64,000 nt of DNA from Flavobacteriales bacterium (GTDB lineage: Bacteria > Bacteroidota > Bacteroidia > Flavobacteriales_D > Sanyastnellaceae). Below the pieces are notes generated by a model. The model was not told where the DNA came from. It made no database searches and worked only from the letters and a program-made list of their open reading frames with translations. The stretch covers positions 3,969 through 67,968 of the forward strand of contig CANHPZ010000001.1 of NCBI GenBank assembly GCA_947462725.1, given 5' to 3'. The translations under genes were made by a program, and so were the position numbers. Shown here piece after piece: positions 1 to 10,328 of the stretch. Numbering within the stretch: position 1 is the stretch's first letter; the number at the start of each line of letters is the position of its first letter.

Positions 1-834
1 GCGACTATACAATTCTACCTCAAATTCGGCCACACGTCCTGAACCTCCCAAGCGCTGGGCTTCGATAAACTCACTCAACTCATCATACGCCATTGCGGAA
101 GTAATCTCCGACCGCAGCCCAAAATCCTGCTCATCCATAGGCAAAATTGTATCAATCTGCGCGCGCATCTCAAGACGCTCGGCTCCGCTCTCATTGTAAG
201 TGCGAACCTGCGCGTTCATGATTCTCCATTGGCCGGTTTCCTTTAGATATTGAGCACTGCCCGCAATCAATTTGTAGGTCAGCTTTCCATCTTTCCATTT
301 CTCCAAAGAGAAATTGTCTCCGGAAACATTCTCAGGACGGAAAGCATAGAAATAAGCAATTGTACCTGGCTCAATCTCGCGGTGCATATTCTTTTCAGTA
401 ACCGTTATCGGATCCTTCATGTAGTTCACCTCAAACTCATACTTCTGACGATTGGCCTTAGGCACAACCACATGACTGAAGAACAGCAACACCGCAACAA
501 GGATTCCCGATGCTATAAAATAAGGTCTGATAAACCTTGCATAACTCACACCACCGCTAAGCACAGCAATAATTTCAGACTGCTGCGCCAGCTTACTCGT
601 AAACCAAATAATAGTTAGAAAGACAATGAACGAACTCAGCAAGGTCCCGAAGTAGAAACAAAAATTGACATAATAGTCCGTGATTATCTGATACCATGGC
701 GCTCGTGCCTTCACAAGTTCATCAATGTTCTCACTCACATCAAATACAACCGCAATCAGCACAAACGCGCCAATCATAAACAGGAACGTTGCCAAGAACT
801 TCCGAATGATGTAGATGTCGAGCTTTTTAATCAC
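1..834 (-). CDS. LptF/LptG (YjgP/YjgQ) family LPS-export permease, N-terminal 278 codons. The gene continues beyond the window start.
   Basis: My own minus-strand translation from GTG at 834-832 reads VIKKLDIYIIRKFLATFLFMIGAFVLIAVVFDVSENIDELV... and stays open in frame to nt 1. This is a typical YjgP/YjgQ N-terminus with hydrophobic helices. It is absent from the ORF track because it runs off the edge. The GTG overlaps the tgt stop (TAGTG). Confidence 0.7.
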   Translation of the reverse strand, partial: MIKKLDIYIIRKFLATFLFMIGAFVLIAVVFDVSENIDELVKARAPWYQIITDYYVNFCFYFGTLLSSFIVFLTIIWFTSKLAQQSEIIAVLSGGVSYARFIRPYFIASGILVAVLLFFSHVVVPKANRQKYEFEVNYMKDPITVTEKNMHREIEPGTIAYFYAFRPENVSGDNFSLEKWKDGKLTYKLIAGSAQYLKETGQWRIMNAQVRTYNESGAERLEMRAQIDTILPMDEQDFGLRSEITSAMAYDELSEFIEAQRLGGSGRVAEFEVELYSR

Positions 835-1970
835 TACAGCCTTTGCATGAGTTTTACAACCATCTCATTTTTCCAAGAAGCAAATGTGCCCTCAAGAATT
901 TTCTCACGCGCCTTTCTCACCAAACGCAGATAAAAATTGAGATTATGCAGGGTGCCAATTTGCATGGCGAGAATTTCTTCGGAAGCAAACAAGTGGCGTA
1001 CGTAGGCCTTCGTGTAAAATGAATCCACGTAACTCTCACCATCAGGATCTAGCGCAGAAAAATCGCGCTCCCACTTTTTGTTGCGCATATTCATTACGCC
1101 ATTCCAAGTGAAGAGCTGTCCATTGCGTGCATTGCGCGTGGGCATTACACAATCGAACATATCGACACCTAGTGCAATGGACTCCAAAATATTCGCAGGC
1201 GTACCCACGCCCATCAAATAACGCGGTTTATCCTTCGGCAAAATGCCACACACCAACTCGGTCATCTCATACATCATCTCGTGCGGCTCACCTACACTCA
1301 ATCCTCCGATAGCATTTCCTTCGGCGCCTTTCTCGGCAATGTATTCTGCACTTGCCTTGCGTAAATCACGAAAAACCGAGCCCTGAACAATAGGGAACAA
1401 CGACTGGTGATGTCCATACAAAGGCTCCGTTTCATTGATGCGTGCAAAACACCGATCGAGCCAGTGATTGGTTATCTGTAACGATTTTCGAGCATACTCC
1501 TCTGTGCATGGATAAGGCGGACATTCATCAAAAGCCATAATGATATCAGCGCCAATCACGCGCTGAATGTCCATCACATTTTCGGGAGTAAACCAATGCG
1601 CAGAACCATCGATGTGCGATTTGAACTTCACACCCTCCGGTGTGATCTTGCGATTATCACTCAGCGAATACACTTGATAACCTCCGCTATCGGTAAGAAT
1701 GGGCCGATCCCAACCATTGAACTTGTGCAGACCTCCCGCTTCACGCAGTATAGAAGTCCCCGGACGCAAATACAAGTGATAGGTATTTCCCAAGATAATC
1801 TTCGCGTCAACATCTGATTTCAGATCTTGCTGCGTAATGGCCTTCACGGTTCCGGCTGTTCCAACAGGCATGAAAATAGGCGTGGGAATTTCACCGTGAT
1901 CCGTTTGAATGCGCCCGGCACGAGCATTACTGGAAGGATCCGTTCCTTCTATATTGAATTCTAAAGGCAT
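834..1970 (-). CDS. tgt: Queuine tRNA-ribosyltransferase
   Basis: 378 aa. Contains classic Tgt motifs (FMPVGT, LTDSGGYQV, GLSVGE, CVMPTRNARNG). Confidence 0.95.
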   Translation of the reverse strand: MPLEFNIEGTDPSSNARAGRIQTDHGEIPTPIFMPVGTAGTVKAITQQDLKSDVDAKIILGNTYHLYLRPGTSILREAGGLHKFNGWDRPILTDSGGYQVYSLSDNRKITPEGVKFKSHIDGSAHWFTPENVMDIQRVIGADIIMAFDECPPYPCTEEYARKSLQITNHWLDRCFARINETEPLYGHHQSLFPIVQGSVFRDLRKASAEYIAEKGAEGNAIGGLSVGEPHEMMYEMTELVCGILPKDKPRYLMGVGTPANILESIALGVDMFDCVMPTRNARNGQLFTWNGVMNMRNKKWERDFSALDPDGESYVDSFYTKAYVRHLFASEEILAMQIGTLHNLNFYLRLVRKAREKILEGTFASWKNEMVVKLMQRL

Positions 1971-1981
1971 AAAAATATCGC

Positions 1982-1998
1982 ATCGCTGTAACAGCGAT
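1982..1998 (-). terminator. Weak hairpin downstream of the S9-like gene
   Basis: ATCGCTG-TAA-CAGCGAT, a 7-bp stem. On the minus strand a short T-run follows after a 6-nt spacer. It lies between the stop at 2010 and the tgt start. Confidence 0.3.
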
Positions 1999-2009
1999 TT
2001 TATGTTGTA

Positions 2010-3860
2010 TTACTTCATCTTGCGCACAGCAGCAGCTAAAGCGTATCGCGTAATTTCCGAAACCACCGTATTGCGCGTTGCCGGCATCTTGCAAAGGCCG
2101 GGCTCCTCGTTATAAGAAAATATTTCCGGTGTATTTCCGCTCAATGCCATGGCGTGCAACGAAGGCTCAATCAGCTCGGCCATACTAGCATCCTGGGATG
2201 AAAAAACAATCAGCGGATTGGATGCCACAGTATATAGCGGTGACAGCTCAGAAGCATTCAACTCCCCTGATTTAAGCAAAAAACGCACATCATCATTAGC
2301 GGTGCGCTTCATATAGGTCGCATATTCATTAACGTCGAAAATCGGATTGATGAACACCGAACGATTTTTCATTTCCGGATGCACATTTATTACACGCAAG
2401 GCAACTTGTGCCCCAACACCAATGCCGCACGGCACAACACCGGGAGAGTTTGGAAACATCTTGTTGATTTCAGAAATACAAATAGACATGTCAGACAAAA
2501 TCATCCCAGACCACCAATCAAATCCGTTGGTAAAAGTGGTAGCTATATAACTGACGGAGTGAAATAAATCTACTTCAAGAATAGGAAATCCCAAACGCGA
2601 TAGCGCTGTAATGATACTATCTTGGGCAACATCAGGTAATGACCATAAGCGCTCGCCAAAAAACAATAGAGTTGGGTATTTTATTTCCTGAACAGCAGGC
2701 AAGTGAAACTTCAATAGCATGTCGTTTCCGCGAGAATCTTTAACTACCGACACGGTCTGCTTGGGTTGATCCCCTTGCACATTTTTAGATTCGCTGAGCG
2801 CCTTCAATTCCTTATTGGCTGCATTGTAACGATAATAAACTAAAGTACCGTCGCTCAACGAGACGGCAACAATCCAAACGTTTTCATCAACGCTGCTGCT
2901 CACAATTTGAAAATCAGATTTACCGGGGATTACAGACTTAATAGCGGAATACAACGTGTTTGAATTCTTATCGATCAGCACAAAGCCATTCTCCTTACCG
3001 CGATACCAAGCCATTATCGGACGATGGTCTTTTGGTGAAAAAAACACACGCTCAACAGAAGAGCCTGACTTACTAAAAATCTCCTTCGGCTGACCACTGC
3101 CGTAAACATCTATTTCCATCAAAGCCGCACCTGTGCGACCCGCATTTGACAAACAGTAATAATAACCCTTGTTTACGAATGAGGTTTCCAGTGCGCTGAA
3201 TTGCGTACAATTCGCAAAATCGATGAACTTGTCACCGCCCTTATTCTTCATCAGCAAAATTCTTGAAGCCTCATTTTTATAAACGAATGCAATTCCACCA
3301 TTCGAATTTGCCGCCCAATGGAACAGACCGTCATCATTACGCTCAACCAATTGCGCATCCTTATCATCTTTATTAAATGAAAAGAAATCGTAATGAAAAG
3401 GCTGTGACGCGGAGTTCATTTCGAAACTGATTACCCCTTCAGCACTCGATGCATGTATCACACGCACATTGCAACCCTCGCTAGAAATACGTCGAAACTC
3501 ATTCTGCTCTATATCCATCACATACATCGTTCGATTGAAACCGCCGGTGACGTAGACCAAATGATTGCTGCCTAACCAATAAAACTCTTCCACGCCAAAA
3601 TCACCAATGAAAGATGCCTGCCGGATTTCTCCACCACCGGATTGACGATAAAACACATTTGGTACTTCCTTGAACTTGTCAAAAAAAGCCATGTGCTTTC
3701 CATTCGGAGACAACTGAAATCCAGACCCTGTAGGAATAAGAAAACTATTTACAGGCGAATCCCCCCCCTTATCGGGAATGCCTTTCACCTCTTGTGCTTG
3801 CGCACAATTAGAAACGAGAGCCAAACATAAAGCTCCCCAAATAATGAAACTCTTCTTCAT
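2010..3860 (-). CDS. Secreted beta-propeller plus alpha/beta-hydrolase protein (prolyl oligopeptidase S9-like), probably catalytically inactive
   Basis: The ATG at 3860 gives the signal peptide MKKSFIIWGALCLALVSNCAQAQ, whereas the track start at 3908 adds 16 aa. The N-terminal region looks like a DPP-IV/TolB-type propeller. The C-terminal hydrolase-like region has GIGVG where the GxSxG nucleophile elbow is expected. Confidence 0.6.
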   Translation of the reverse strand: MKKSFIIWGALCLALVSNCAQAQEVKGIPDKGGDSPVNSFLIPTGSGFQLSPNGKHMAFFDKFKEVPNVFYRQSGGGEIRQASFIGDFGVEEFYWLGSNHLVYVTGGFNRTMYVMDIEQNEFRRISSEGCNVRVIHASSAEGVISFEMNSASQPFHYDFFSFNKDDKDAQLVERNDDGLFHWAANSNGGIAFVYKNEASRILLMKNKGGDKFIDFANCTQFSALETSFVNKGYYYCLSNAGRTGAALMEIDVYGSGQPKEIFSKSGSSVERVFFSPKDHRPIMAWYRGKENGFVLIDKNSNTLYSAIKSVIPGKSDFQIVSSSVDENVWIVAVSLSDGTLVYYRYNAANKELKALSESKNVQGDQPKQTVSVVKDSRGNDMLLKFHLPAVQEIKYPTLLFFGERLWSLPDVAQDSIITALSRLGFPILEVDLFHSVSYIATTFTNGFDWWSGMILSDMSICISEINKMFPNSPGVVPCGIGVGAQVALRVINVHPEMKNRSVFINPIFDVNEYATYMKRTANDDVRFLLKSGELNASELSPLYTVASNPLIVFSSQDASMAELIEPSLHAMALSGNTPEIFSYNEEPGLCKMPATRNTVVSEITRYALAAAVRKMK

Positions 3861-3953
3861 GATTGTAATTTGTATCGAGCGTAAACTTAAACACAAGCCG
3901 ACAAACATTAAAAACTCAAACCAACAAGTAATAATTTATTTTTTTTCAATCCA

Positions 3954-3972
3954 CCCCCTAAAAAATAGGGGG
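3954..3972 (+). promoter_or_regulatory. Perfect 7-bp hairpin/palindrome CCCCCTA-AAAAA-TAGGGGG in the divergent region upstream of the GS-III gene
   Basis: Read directly from the sequence. A third CCCCCCTA copy at 4007-4014 overlaps the putative -7 box. Confidence 0.3.
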
Positions 3973-4012
3973 CATTATCAATATTTATTTGTGTTTTTAG
4001 TGACAACCCCCC

Positions 4013-4020
4013 TATTTTTG
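4013..4020 (+). promoter_or_regulatory. Bacteroidota-type -7 promoter box TATTTTTG (TAnnTTTG) for the GS-III gene
   Basis: Exact match to the TAnnTTTG consensus, 41 nt upstream of the ATG at 4062. Confidence 0.45.
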
Positions 4021-4061
4021 ACCCGTCATTCGAAAATTAAACCAACAAATTCGATTAACCC

Positions 4062-6248
4062 ATGTCATCTACACGTTTTCAAGCCCTTTCAGAACTGCAT
4101 GAACGCAAGGCCGTACGCAACGAAATACCCGGTAATCGCGTGAGCGAATACTTCGGCAACAACGTATTCTACTACCACAAGATGCGCGAGTATCTCACCG
4201 ACGATGCATACGACAAACTCATGGAGTGCATCAATAGTGGTGCGCGAATCGACCGCCAAACGGCGGATCACGTGGCAGCAGCCATGAAAGAATGGTCGAT
4301 TCAAAAAGGTGTAACGCATTACACTCATTGGTTTCAACCACTAACAGGAACCACTGCGGAAAAACACGATAGTTTCTTCAAGCCTCTTTCTGATGGTCGT
4401 GCACTCGAAAAATTCGACGGCACTATGCTCGTTCAACAAGAACCTGATGCATCATCTTTTCCATCAGGCGGATTGCGAAATACGTTTGAAGCACGCGGAT
4501 ATACATTGTGGGACCCAACCTCCCCGGCTTTCATTGTAGGCAATACACTTTGCATTCCTACTATTTTCATTTCCTACACCGGTCACGCCCTCGACAATAA
4601 AATGCCTTTGCTAAAAGCGTTGGACTCTGTTGACAAGGCAGCAACTGCTGTGTGCCAATACTTCGATAAAGAAGTAAATAAGGTTTCGGTTACACTGGGG
4701 TGGGAACAGGAGTATTTCCTTATCGACACTTCACTGCACAATGCCCGTCCGGACATCGCCATGACGGGCCGCGCACTCTTTGGCGCTCGCCCGGCCAAAG
4801 GCCAGCAATTAGAAGACCACTACTTCGGAAGCATTCCGGAACGTGTGATGGCTTTCATGCAAGACTTCGAATATGAATCTCATCTTTTGGGCATACCGGT
4901 AACCACACGTCACAACGAAGTTGCACCCAACCAGTTTGAGTTGGCCCCTATGTTTGAAGAAGCCAACCTCGCCAACGACCACAACCAACTCGTGATGGAT
5001 GTGCTAGCAAAAACTGCACGCAAACACAACTTCCACATTCTCCTTCACGAGAAACCATTCGAAGGTGTTAACGGCAGCGGCAAGCACAACAACTGGGCAT
5101 TGAGCACAAATACAGGCGTCAATCTATTGAAGCCCGGAAAGAACCCGAAGTCAAACATGCAGTTCCTCACATTCTTCGTGAACACAGTTGCTGCGATTCA
5201 CGAAAATGCTGATGTACTTCGCGCCTCAATTGCCTCTGTTGGAAATGACCATCGCTTAGGCGCCAATGAAGCTCCGCCTGCAATCATGTCGGCCTTCCTT
5301 GGTGGTCACCTCAGCCGCATGCTCGATGATCTGGAGAAAAACATCAAGGCCGGAAAAATGACTCCGGAAGACAAAACTGACCTTAAACTCAACATCGGTA
5401 AATTGCCTCAGGCCTTGCTCGACAATACCGACCGCAACCGCACTTCACCATTCGCGTTTACCGGAAACAAGTTTGAGTTCCGCGCAGTAGGAAGCAGTGC
5501 CAATTGCGCCAATGCGATGATTGTCTTGAACACCATTGTGGCCAATCGTCTTATTCAATTCAAGAAAGATGTTGATGTTCGAATCAACAAAGGCGACGAC
5601 AAAGACGAAGCAATTCTCAAAGAATTGCAACGCCTCATTAAGATCAGTAAGCCCATCCGCTTCGAAGGAAATGGCTATGGCGACGAGTGGGTGAAAGAAG
5701 CAGCAAAGCGTGGATTGAGCAATTTCAAAGACACTCCAAGTGCTCTCAAAATTTGGAAAAACAAAGACGTGCATAAGATGTTTGAAGCACTTAATGTTTT
5801 GACGCATGAAGAAATTCACGCTCGCTATGAAATCGAAGTAGAAGCCTATGTTCGCAAGCGTGAAATCGAAGCTCGTGTAACCGCAGACATTGCCGTGAAC
5901 CACATTCTTCCTGCAGCAATCGATTACCAAACAAAATTGATTGACAACGTTATTGGACTTAAAGAAATATTCTCGGCCGCTGAATCGAAAAACTTGTCGC
6001 GCACGCAAACCGATTTGATTAAACAAATTTCTATCGAGATTAATGCTCTGAAAGATGCGCTGGACAAGATGAATACTGAGCGCACCAAAGCTGCTAAGTT
6101 GGATATCGAAAAACAGGCTGAAGCATTTAGCAATAAGATTAAACCGCTTATGGATGCTGCTCGCGATGCAGCAGACAACCTTGAACTCATTACGGAAGAT
6201 GAATCATGGCCTCTTCCTAAGATGCGTGAACTCTTGTTCACACGTTAG
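4062..6248 (+). CDS. glnN: Glutamine synthetase type III
   Basis: 728 aa, near-colinear with the Bacteroides GS-III as I recall it (THYTHWFQPLTG, QQEPDASSFPSGG, NEVAPNQFELAP, GSGKHNNW, TDRNRTSPFAFTGNKFEFRA, WPLPKMRELLF). Confidence 0.97.
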   Translation: MSSTRFQALSELHERKAVRNEIPGNRVSEYFGNNVFYYHKMREYLTDDAYDKLMECINSGARIDRQTADHVAAAMKEWSIQKGVTHYTHWFQPLTGTTAEKHDSFFKPLSDGRALEKFDGTMLVQQEPDASSFPSGGLRNTFEARGYTLWDPTSPAFIVGNTLCIPTIFISYTGHALDNKMPLLKALDSVDKAATAVCQYFDKEVNKVSVTLGWEQEYFLIDTSLHNARPDIAMTGRALFGARPAKGQQLEDHYFGSIPERVMAFMQDFEYESHLLGIPVTTRHNEVAPNQFELAPMFEEANLANDHNQLVMDVLAKTARKHNFHILLHEKPFEGVNGSGKHNNWALSTNTGVNLLKPGKNPKSNMQFLTFFVNTVAAIHENADVLRASIASVGNDHRLGANEAPPAIMSAFLGGHLSRMLDDLEKNIKAGKMTPEDKTDLKLNIGKLPQALLDNTDRNRTSPFAFTGNKFEFRAVGSSANCANAMIVLNTIVANRLIQFKKDVDVRINKGDDKDEAILKELQRLIKISKPIRFEGNGYGDEWVKEAAKRGLSNFKDTPSALKIWKNKDVHKMFEALNVLTHEEIHARYEIEVEAYVRKREIEARVTADIAVNHILPAAIDYQTKLIDNVIGLKEIFSAAESKNLSRTQTDLIKQISIEINALKDALDKMNTERTKAAKLDIEKQAEAFSNKIKPLMDAARDAADNLELITEDESWPLPKMRELLFTR

Positions 6249-6262
6249 TTTTGGTTTGTATG

Positions 6263-6294
6263 AAAAAAGGCTGCAGAGGTGCAGCCTTTTTTTT
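6263..6294. terminator. Bidirectional rho-independent terminator between convergent glnN and the aminotransferase gene
   Basis: A6, then GGCTGCA-GAGG-TGCAGCC, then T8. Confidence 0.85.
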
Positions 6295-6311
6295 ATGTCA
6301 TAATTTCTTCG

Positions 6312-7511
6312 TCAAATCGTTCGGCCAGGATAAACCTTCAATGCCGCACGCAATACTTCTACCGCATTGCGCAGCGACTCTTGATTGAGCACATACGCCA
6401 ATCGCACTTGCTTGCGACCGGGTTCCGGATTGGAATAGAAACCTGTTGCAGGAGCCATCATCACCGTTTGATTATTGTGCTCAAACGATTCCAGCATCCA
6501 CTGACAAAATTTATCGCTGTCATCAATAGGCAATTCAGCAATACAATAAAAAGCACCTTTAGGTTTTGGACATATGACACCGGGAATGGTATTCAATCCA
6601 TCAATGAGGATATCACGGCGCTCTACATATTCTTCCACCACCCCATCGAAATAACTCTGGGGAGTTTCTAATGCGTAAAGCGAAGCCATCTGACCAAAGG
6701 TTGGCGGCGACAATCGCGCTTGAGCAAATTTCATTGCCGCACTCATTACTGTTTTGTTGCGTGTAATCAAAGCTCCGATGCGCGCACCACACATGCTATA
6801 TCGCTTACTCACACTATCGATCATTATAGCGTGCTCATCCAATCCTGAAAGATTCATGATACTGTGAGGCGTTGCCCCATCATATGCAAATTCACGATAG
6901 ACCTCATCCGCCATCAAATACAAATCGTGCTTCACGGCAATATCACGCAATTGCTCGAGCTCTGATGAGCTATATAAATACCCGGTCGGATTGCCCGGAT
7001 TGCAAATCAATATGCCTTTTGTGCGGTCGGTAATCAATTGCTCAAACGCCTCGATGGCAGGCAATGCAAAACCGGTTTCTATGTGACTCATCACAGGAAT
7101 AACCTTCACGCCTGCCATTACCGCAAAGCCATTGTAATTGGCATAAAACGGCTCAGGGATAATTATCTCATCGCCCGGATTAAAGCAAGTCATAAATGCG
7201 AAAACCAACGCTTCACTACCTCCGGTAGTAACCATGATTTGCTCTGGAGTAATGTCGATGGACTTGGATTGATAATATCCGGCCAAGCCCTGACGATAAG
7301 CGGCAATACCATCGCTATTGCTATACTCCACCACTTTCAAATCAAGCTCCTTCATCTTTGAACGTACCACTTCCGGCGTTTCAATGTCGGGTTGACCAAT
7401 ATTGAGGTGATATACTTTTCGGCCCATTTTCTTCGCTGCTTCCGAGAATGGAACAAGCTTGCGAATGGGCGACGCAGGCATTATTTTAGCTTTATTGGAT
7501 ATCGCTGGCAT
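6312..7511 (-). CDS. PLP-dependent class I/II aminotransferase (aspartate/aromatic-type)
   Basis: 399 aa. Has the PLP-lysine motif SVSKRYSMCGARIG and the NPGNPTG motif. Confidence 0.85.
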   Translation of the reverse strand: MPAISNKAKIMPASPIRKLVPFSEAAKKMGRKVYHLNIGQPDIETPEVVRSKMKELDLKVVEYSNSDGIAAYRQGLAGYYQSKSIDITPEQIMVTTGGSEALVFAFMTCFNPGDEIIIPEPFYANYNGFAVMAGVKVIPVMSHIETGFALPAIEAFEQLITDRTKGILICNPGNPTGYLYSSSELEQLRDIAVKHDLYLMADEVYREFAYDGATPHSIMNLSGLDEHAIMIDSVSKRYSMCGARIGALITRNKTVMSAAMKFAQARLSPPTFGQMASLYALETPQSYFDGVVEEYVERRDILIDGLNTIPGVICPKPKGAFYCIAELPIDDSDKFCQWMLESFEHNNQTVMMAPATGFYSNPEPGRKQVRLAYVLNQESLRNAVEVLRAALKVYPGRTI

Positions 7512-7563
7512 AGTTCACTTTTGAGATCGCAAATGTAAACCGAACCGCATACGACAAAGTGGC

Positions 7564-8007
7564 TTATAAGACTTTCCACATGAAGTGATGAGGTCCTATT
7601 TTAGGAATATCATACACTTCAGGTAAATAATCGAATCCGATCTTTTGATAGAAAGGAACCGCTGTCAAACGAGCGTCGCACCACAACACCTCGACACCGC
7701 GTTCCCTAAGCATATTGGCTCCATAGTTCACAAGCATAGCGCCCGCATGTCGGCCCCGATAATCCGGGTGTGTTGCCATTGCGCGCAGTCGATAGTATCG
7801 TTCAAACCGTACCTTATCCGAAGGCATCGAAAAAAAAGAACCCACACTCACCAAGCGGTCACCGTGATACGTCCCCAAATGAAATGCATCCGATCGAGCA
7901 TCAATATCAATCACACAATCCTCCGTGCGAGCGATGTGCGGCCACAGCACCAAATGGCGCAACTGACGAGTTTCTAAAGATTGTATTACGCGCACCTCCA
8001 TCATCAA
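7564..8007 (-). CDS. GNAT family N-acetyltransferase
   Basis: 147 aa. Has an acetyl-CoA binding-type segment [21 protein letters not shown]. Its start overlaps the prfA stop by 4 nt. Confidence 0.75.
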   Translation of the reverse strand: MMMEVRVIQSLETRQLRHLVLWPHIARTEDCVIDIDARSDAFHLGTYHGDRLVSVGSFFSMPSDKVRFERYYRLRAMATHPDYRGRHAGAMLVNYGANMLRERGVEVLWCDARLTAVPFYQKIGFDYLPEVYDIPKIGPHHFMWKVL

Positions 8008-9086
8008 GCCATGGATCCTTCCTTGAGTTTCTCTGAATTCTCAGCGAGCTTCAACGCGTCGATGATCTCTACAACTTCACCGTTCATAACGGCTTCAAGA
8101 TTATACAGGGTAAGATTGATGCGATGATCGGTAACACGTCCTTGCGGATAGTTATAGGTTCTAATCTTAGCACTTCGGTCACCCGTGCTCACGAGCGATT
8201 TGCGCATTTTAGCGCGTTCCTCCTGACGACGATTAACCTCAGCCTCGAAGATACGCGTGCGCAAAATCGTCATGGCCTTCTCTGTGTTTTCGTGCTGCGA
8301 TCGCCCCTCTTGACACTCCACAATAACACCCGTTGGCGCGTGCGTAAGTCGCACCGCTGATTCTGTTTTATTTACGTGCTGACCACCTGCACCGCTGGCG
8401 CGAAATGTATCACGCTTGATATCTGCCGGATTAATCACCACATCAAATTCTTCAGCTTCAGGCAAAACAGCAACTGTTGCCGCGCTCGTATGCACCCGAC
8501 CTTGCGTTTCTGTTTCGGGAACTCGTTGCACCCGGTGCACTCCACTTTCAAACTTCAAGGTGCCATAAACGTCAGAGCCAATAATCTCTATTGAGATCTC
8601 CTTGAATCCACCCATAGTGCCCTCGTTCATATTGAGGAGCTCATACTTCCAACCTTGATCCTGCACAAAACGTGTGTACATGCGGTACAAATCGCCTGCG
8701 AATATGCTCGCCTCATCACCACCGGTCCCAGCGCGTATTTCCATAATGCAGTTCTTCGTGTCTTCCGGGTCTTTAGGAATCAACATGAATTTCACTTCTT
8801 CATCCAACTTTTCCTTCAGTGGGGTGAGCAAATCAAACTCCTCTTGCGCCAATTCTTTCAAGTCCGGATCTTCATTCGAATACAAAATTTCGCGAGCTGC
8901 CTTCAAGTCATCATTCACCTTTTTGTATTCATGATACTTATCGACTAGTACTCCCAAATCCTTGTATTCCTTCATAAGCGTTGGATAACGCTTCATGTCT
9001 GAAATTACATCCGGGTCCGTAATCATCTTACCTACCTCATTGTGGCGATCTACTATAGCCGCCAGTCTATCTAACAAATCTTGCAT
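8004..9086 (-). CDS. prfA: Peptide chain release factor 1
   Basis: 360 aa. Has the GGQ motif ([16 protein letters not shown]) and an RF1-type PxT tripeptide (PET). Confidence 0.95.
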   Translation of the reverse strand: MQDLLDRLAAIVDRHNEVGKMITDPDVISDMKRYPTLMKEYKDLGVLVDKYHEYKKVNDDLKAAREILYSNEDPDLKELAQEEFDLLTPLKEKLDEEVKFMLIPKDPEDTKNCIMEIRAGTGGDEASIFAGDLYRMYTRFVQDQGWKYELLNMNEGTMGGFKEISIEIIGSDVYGTLKFESGVHRVQRVPETETQGRVHTSAATVAVLPEAEEFDVVINPADIKRDTFRASGAGGQHVNKTESAVRLTHAPTGVIVECQEGRSQHENTEKAMTILRTRIFEAEVNRRQEERAKMRKSLVSTGDRSAKIRTYNYPQGRVTDHRINLTLYNLEAVMNGEVVEIIDALKLAENSEKLKEGSMA

Positions 9087-9095
9087 ATGCCGTTC

Positions 9096-10268
9096 TTATG
9101 ATTCGTAAACAAATGTTCCATACTCACTTTGTATAGTGAGCTTCTTCGATTCCGCAGCCTCAACTCGGCCTATGATTTTTGCCTCTATATGAAACGCATT
9201 CGCCATAGCAATCATGCGTTCGGCACTCTGTGCGTCGGTGTAAATTTCAAGCCTATGCCCCATATTGAAAACGCGATACATCTCTTGCCAATCTGTTTTC
9301 GATTCCTGTTGTATCATTTTAAACAGCGGTGGCACAGGCAGCATATCATCCTTAATGACATGCAGATTTTCCGTGAAATGTAGCACTTTCGTTTGACCTC
9401 CTCCGCTGCAGTGAACCATGCCTTTCACAGCGCTGCGCATTTCGTCGAGGATGTTTTTCACGAGTGGCAAATACGTGCGCGTTGGCGAAAGCACCAATCG
9501 TCCTGCATCCAACGGCGAATCTTCCACGACATCGGTAAGCGCATAAGATCCGCTATACACCAATTCCGACGGAACACCCTGATCAAAACTCTCAGGATAC
9601 TTTGCCGCGAGCGAACGATAAAAAACATCGTGACGTGCGCTGGTCAAGCCATTGCTTCCCATGCCCCCGTTATATTCACCTTCGTATGTAGCCTGACCAT
9701 ATGAAGCAAAAGCCACAATTACCTGGCCTGAGGCAATGCCCGAGTTATCAATCACATCGGTTTTGCGCATGCGAGCCACCACTGTTGAGTCCACAATTAC
9801 TGTGCGCACCAAATCGCCCACATCGGCAGTTTCGCCACCCGTAACCGTCACGCGAATACCCATTGCCGTTAGCTCATTGGCCAACTCCTGTGTACCCTGA
9901 ATAATTGCGCTGATGACTTCGCCCGGAATAAGGCGCTTATTGCGACCTATCGTACTGCTCAATAAAATCTGATCCACGGCACCTACACACATCAAATCAT
10001 CGAGATTCATAACCAATGCATCCTGGGCAATACCCTTCCACACGCTCACATCACCGGTCTCCTTCCAGTACATATAAGCCAAGGATGATTTGGTGCCGGC
10101 GCCATCTGCATGCATAACGATGCAATGCTCATCGCTACCCGACAAATAATCGGGCACTATCTTACAAAACGCCTTAGGAAAAAGCCCCTTATCCAAATTG
10201 CGAATGGCTGCATGCACATCTTCCTTTTGTGCAGAAACCCCTCTCTGTGAATAGCGTGAATCATTCAT
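9096..10268 (-). CDS. purM: AIR synthase (PurM) family protein, probable phosphoribosylformylglycinamidine cyclo-ligase
   Basis: The ATG at 10268 gives MNDSRYSQRGVS... (390 aa). PurM-superfamily motifs are present (HADGAGTKS, GGETAD). The track's TTG start at 10325 would run through the upstream terminator. Confidence 0.65.
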   Translation of the reverse strand: MNDSRYSQRGVSAQKEDVHAAIRNLDKGLFPKAFCKIVPDYLSGSDEHCIVMHADGAGTKSSLAYMYWKETGDVSVWKGIAQDALVMNLDDLMCVGAVDQILLSSTIGRNKRLIPGEVISAIIQGTQELANELTAMGIRVTVTGGETADVGDLVRTVIVDSTVVARMRKTDVIDNSGIASGQVIVAFASYGQATYEGEYNGGMGSNGLTSARHDVFYRSLAAKYPESFDQGVPSELVYSGSYALTDVVEDSPLDAGRLVLSPTRTYLPLVKNILDEMRSAVKGMVHCSGGGQTKVLHFTENLHVIKDDMLPVPPLFKMIQQESKTDWQEMYRVFNMGHRLEIYTDAQSAERMIAMANAFHIEAKIIGRVEAAESKKLTIQSEYGTFVYES

Positions 10269-10270
10269 GG

Positions 10271-10310
10271 TATAAAAAATAAAGGGGGCGGAACCTTGCG
10301 GTCCGCCCCC
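10271..10310 (-). terminator. Rho-independent terminator after the OmpA-family gene
   Basis: GGGGGCGGA/TCCGCCCCC form a 9-bp GC stem. On the minus strand TTTATTTTTTA follows. Confidence 0.8.
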
Positions 10311-10328
10311 GTTGAATATGGTCAATAT

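Noticed and set aside
250-618. 122-aa plus-strand ORF at the window start
   Set aside because: It is antisense to the edge-truncated LptF/LptG permease frame, which reads through the whole 1-834 region with a family-typical N-terminus.
5445-6026. 193-aa and 105-aa minus-strand ORFs inside glnN
   Set aside because: They are antisense to a GS-III gene that is near-colinear with known GS-III.
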